A stretch of 64,000 nt of DNA from Macrostomum hystrix (Eukaryota; Animalia; Platyhelminthes), in contig CATNEN010000039.1 in the NCBI GenBank assembly GCA_950097015.1, positions 7,192,001 to 7,256,000 of the forward strand. The letters are read 5' to 3'. The stretch's first letter is position 1; the number at the start of each line of letters is the position of its first letter. The position numbers and the translations under genes were made by a program. A model generated the notes under the pieces. It worked only from the letters and a program-made list of their open reading frames with translations. It searched no databases and was not told the DNA's origin. Shown here piece after piece: positions 63,401 to 64,000 of the stretch.

Positions 63401-64000
63401 TCAGCAAATAGGCGCTTGACCTGGTTCAGCTTGCCAACCAGCAGCAGGTTGATGCGCTGCTGGTGCACGGAGTCCAGCTGGTCGTGCTCGGCCTCTTCCT
63501 CGCGCTGGACGGACAGGAAAGAGCGATTGAACTGTTTTTCAACCTCGGCTAGGAGACGCTGGGCGCTGTCTGGGTCGCGCGAAGACAGGCCGAGAATGCG
63601 CGACTCGGCCTCCTGCAGCTCCTTCACCATGGCGCCTTCGCGAACAGCCTGCGGGATTGGTGGGCGGCTGAGGTTGTGGGTCTGGGAATGCTTTGAATAG
63701 TTTAGGGATAAATATGAGGGTCTGGGATTTTTAGGGGATAAAAATGAGGACCTGCAAAAATTAGTGGAAATATTTGAGGAGCTTGTGTTCTTAGGATAAA
63801 TCTTTGATTTTAGACTAAAGAAAATTATATTAAGGGTGGGAAAATATTTATATTGAAAGCCCGAGCCCCTACCTGATGATGCCGCAGGCCCCGCTTGGCG
63901 TCCAAGAAGCGCTCGTGTTCTGAGTGACCAGGCTCGGTGGGGACCGCCAGGTAGCGCTGGTAGCGGGCCTCGTCAGCGTCTTTGCCAAGGCCGAGCAGAT
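60414..64000 (-). CDS. APP: Amyloid precursor protein-like (APP/APLP/APL-1), 3' part: E2 domain, transmembrane helix, cytoplasmic tail
   Basis: Exons >64000-63873, 63648-63328, 62389-62133, 60957-60414. E2-like YQRYL...EHERFLDAKRGL..H and EHDQLDSVHQQRI; TM LIFVVIFCSLAFLLTLVVIFVTV; C-terminus HLASMQVNGYENPTYKFYE*. Confidence 0.92.
61003..62020. repeat. 33-bp minisatellite (CTGTCAGCAGGAGTGACTAATGGATAGCCAGAA)
   Basis: About 30 copies in the last APP intron. Confidence 0.97.
62462..62715 (+). mobile_element. tRNA-derived SINE family A
   Basis: TAGCCTAGTGG A box, GGTTCGATTCC B box, CORE-like body and (TTA)n tail. Confidence 0.85.
62765..63125 (-). mobile_element. tRNA-derived SINE family B, full length
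   Basis: Reverse complement aligns along 27939-28318, including an identical 43-nt hairpin. Confidence 0.85.

Overview
Eukaryotic (metazoan) genomic DNA with spliced GT-AG genes. GC-rich exons, introns filled with minisatellites and a spliced-leader-like sequence point to a free-living flatworm such as Macrostomum; this is an inference. Gene models built by hand, with splice phases checked: a TCAF/FAM115 M60-like peptidase with an internal duplication (+), calcineurin B (+), a secreted WSC + PAN/Apple protein (+), a multi-CUB extracellular protein (-), two tandem FAHD1 copies (-, one frameshifted), PPP1R21 (-) and the 3' part of an APP-like gene (-). Most long ORFs in the track are artefacts of tandem repeats. 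Two tRNA-derived SINE families, MITE-like elements and about 25 distinct minisatellites are present. Most notable: (1) an antisense SINE inserted in a CUB coding exon, whose 16-bp target-site duplication supplies both splice sites and so creates a new intron; (2) spliced-leader (SL)-like sequence mobilised in the genome, once fused head-to-head with a SINE inside one target-site duplication and twice at the end of a dispersed repeat; (3) each intron carries its own satellite, one apparently seeded from the splice donor itself.
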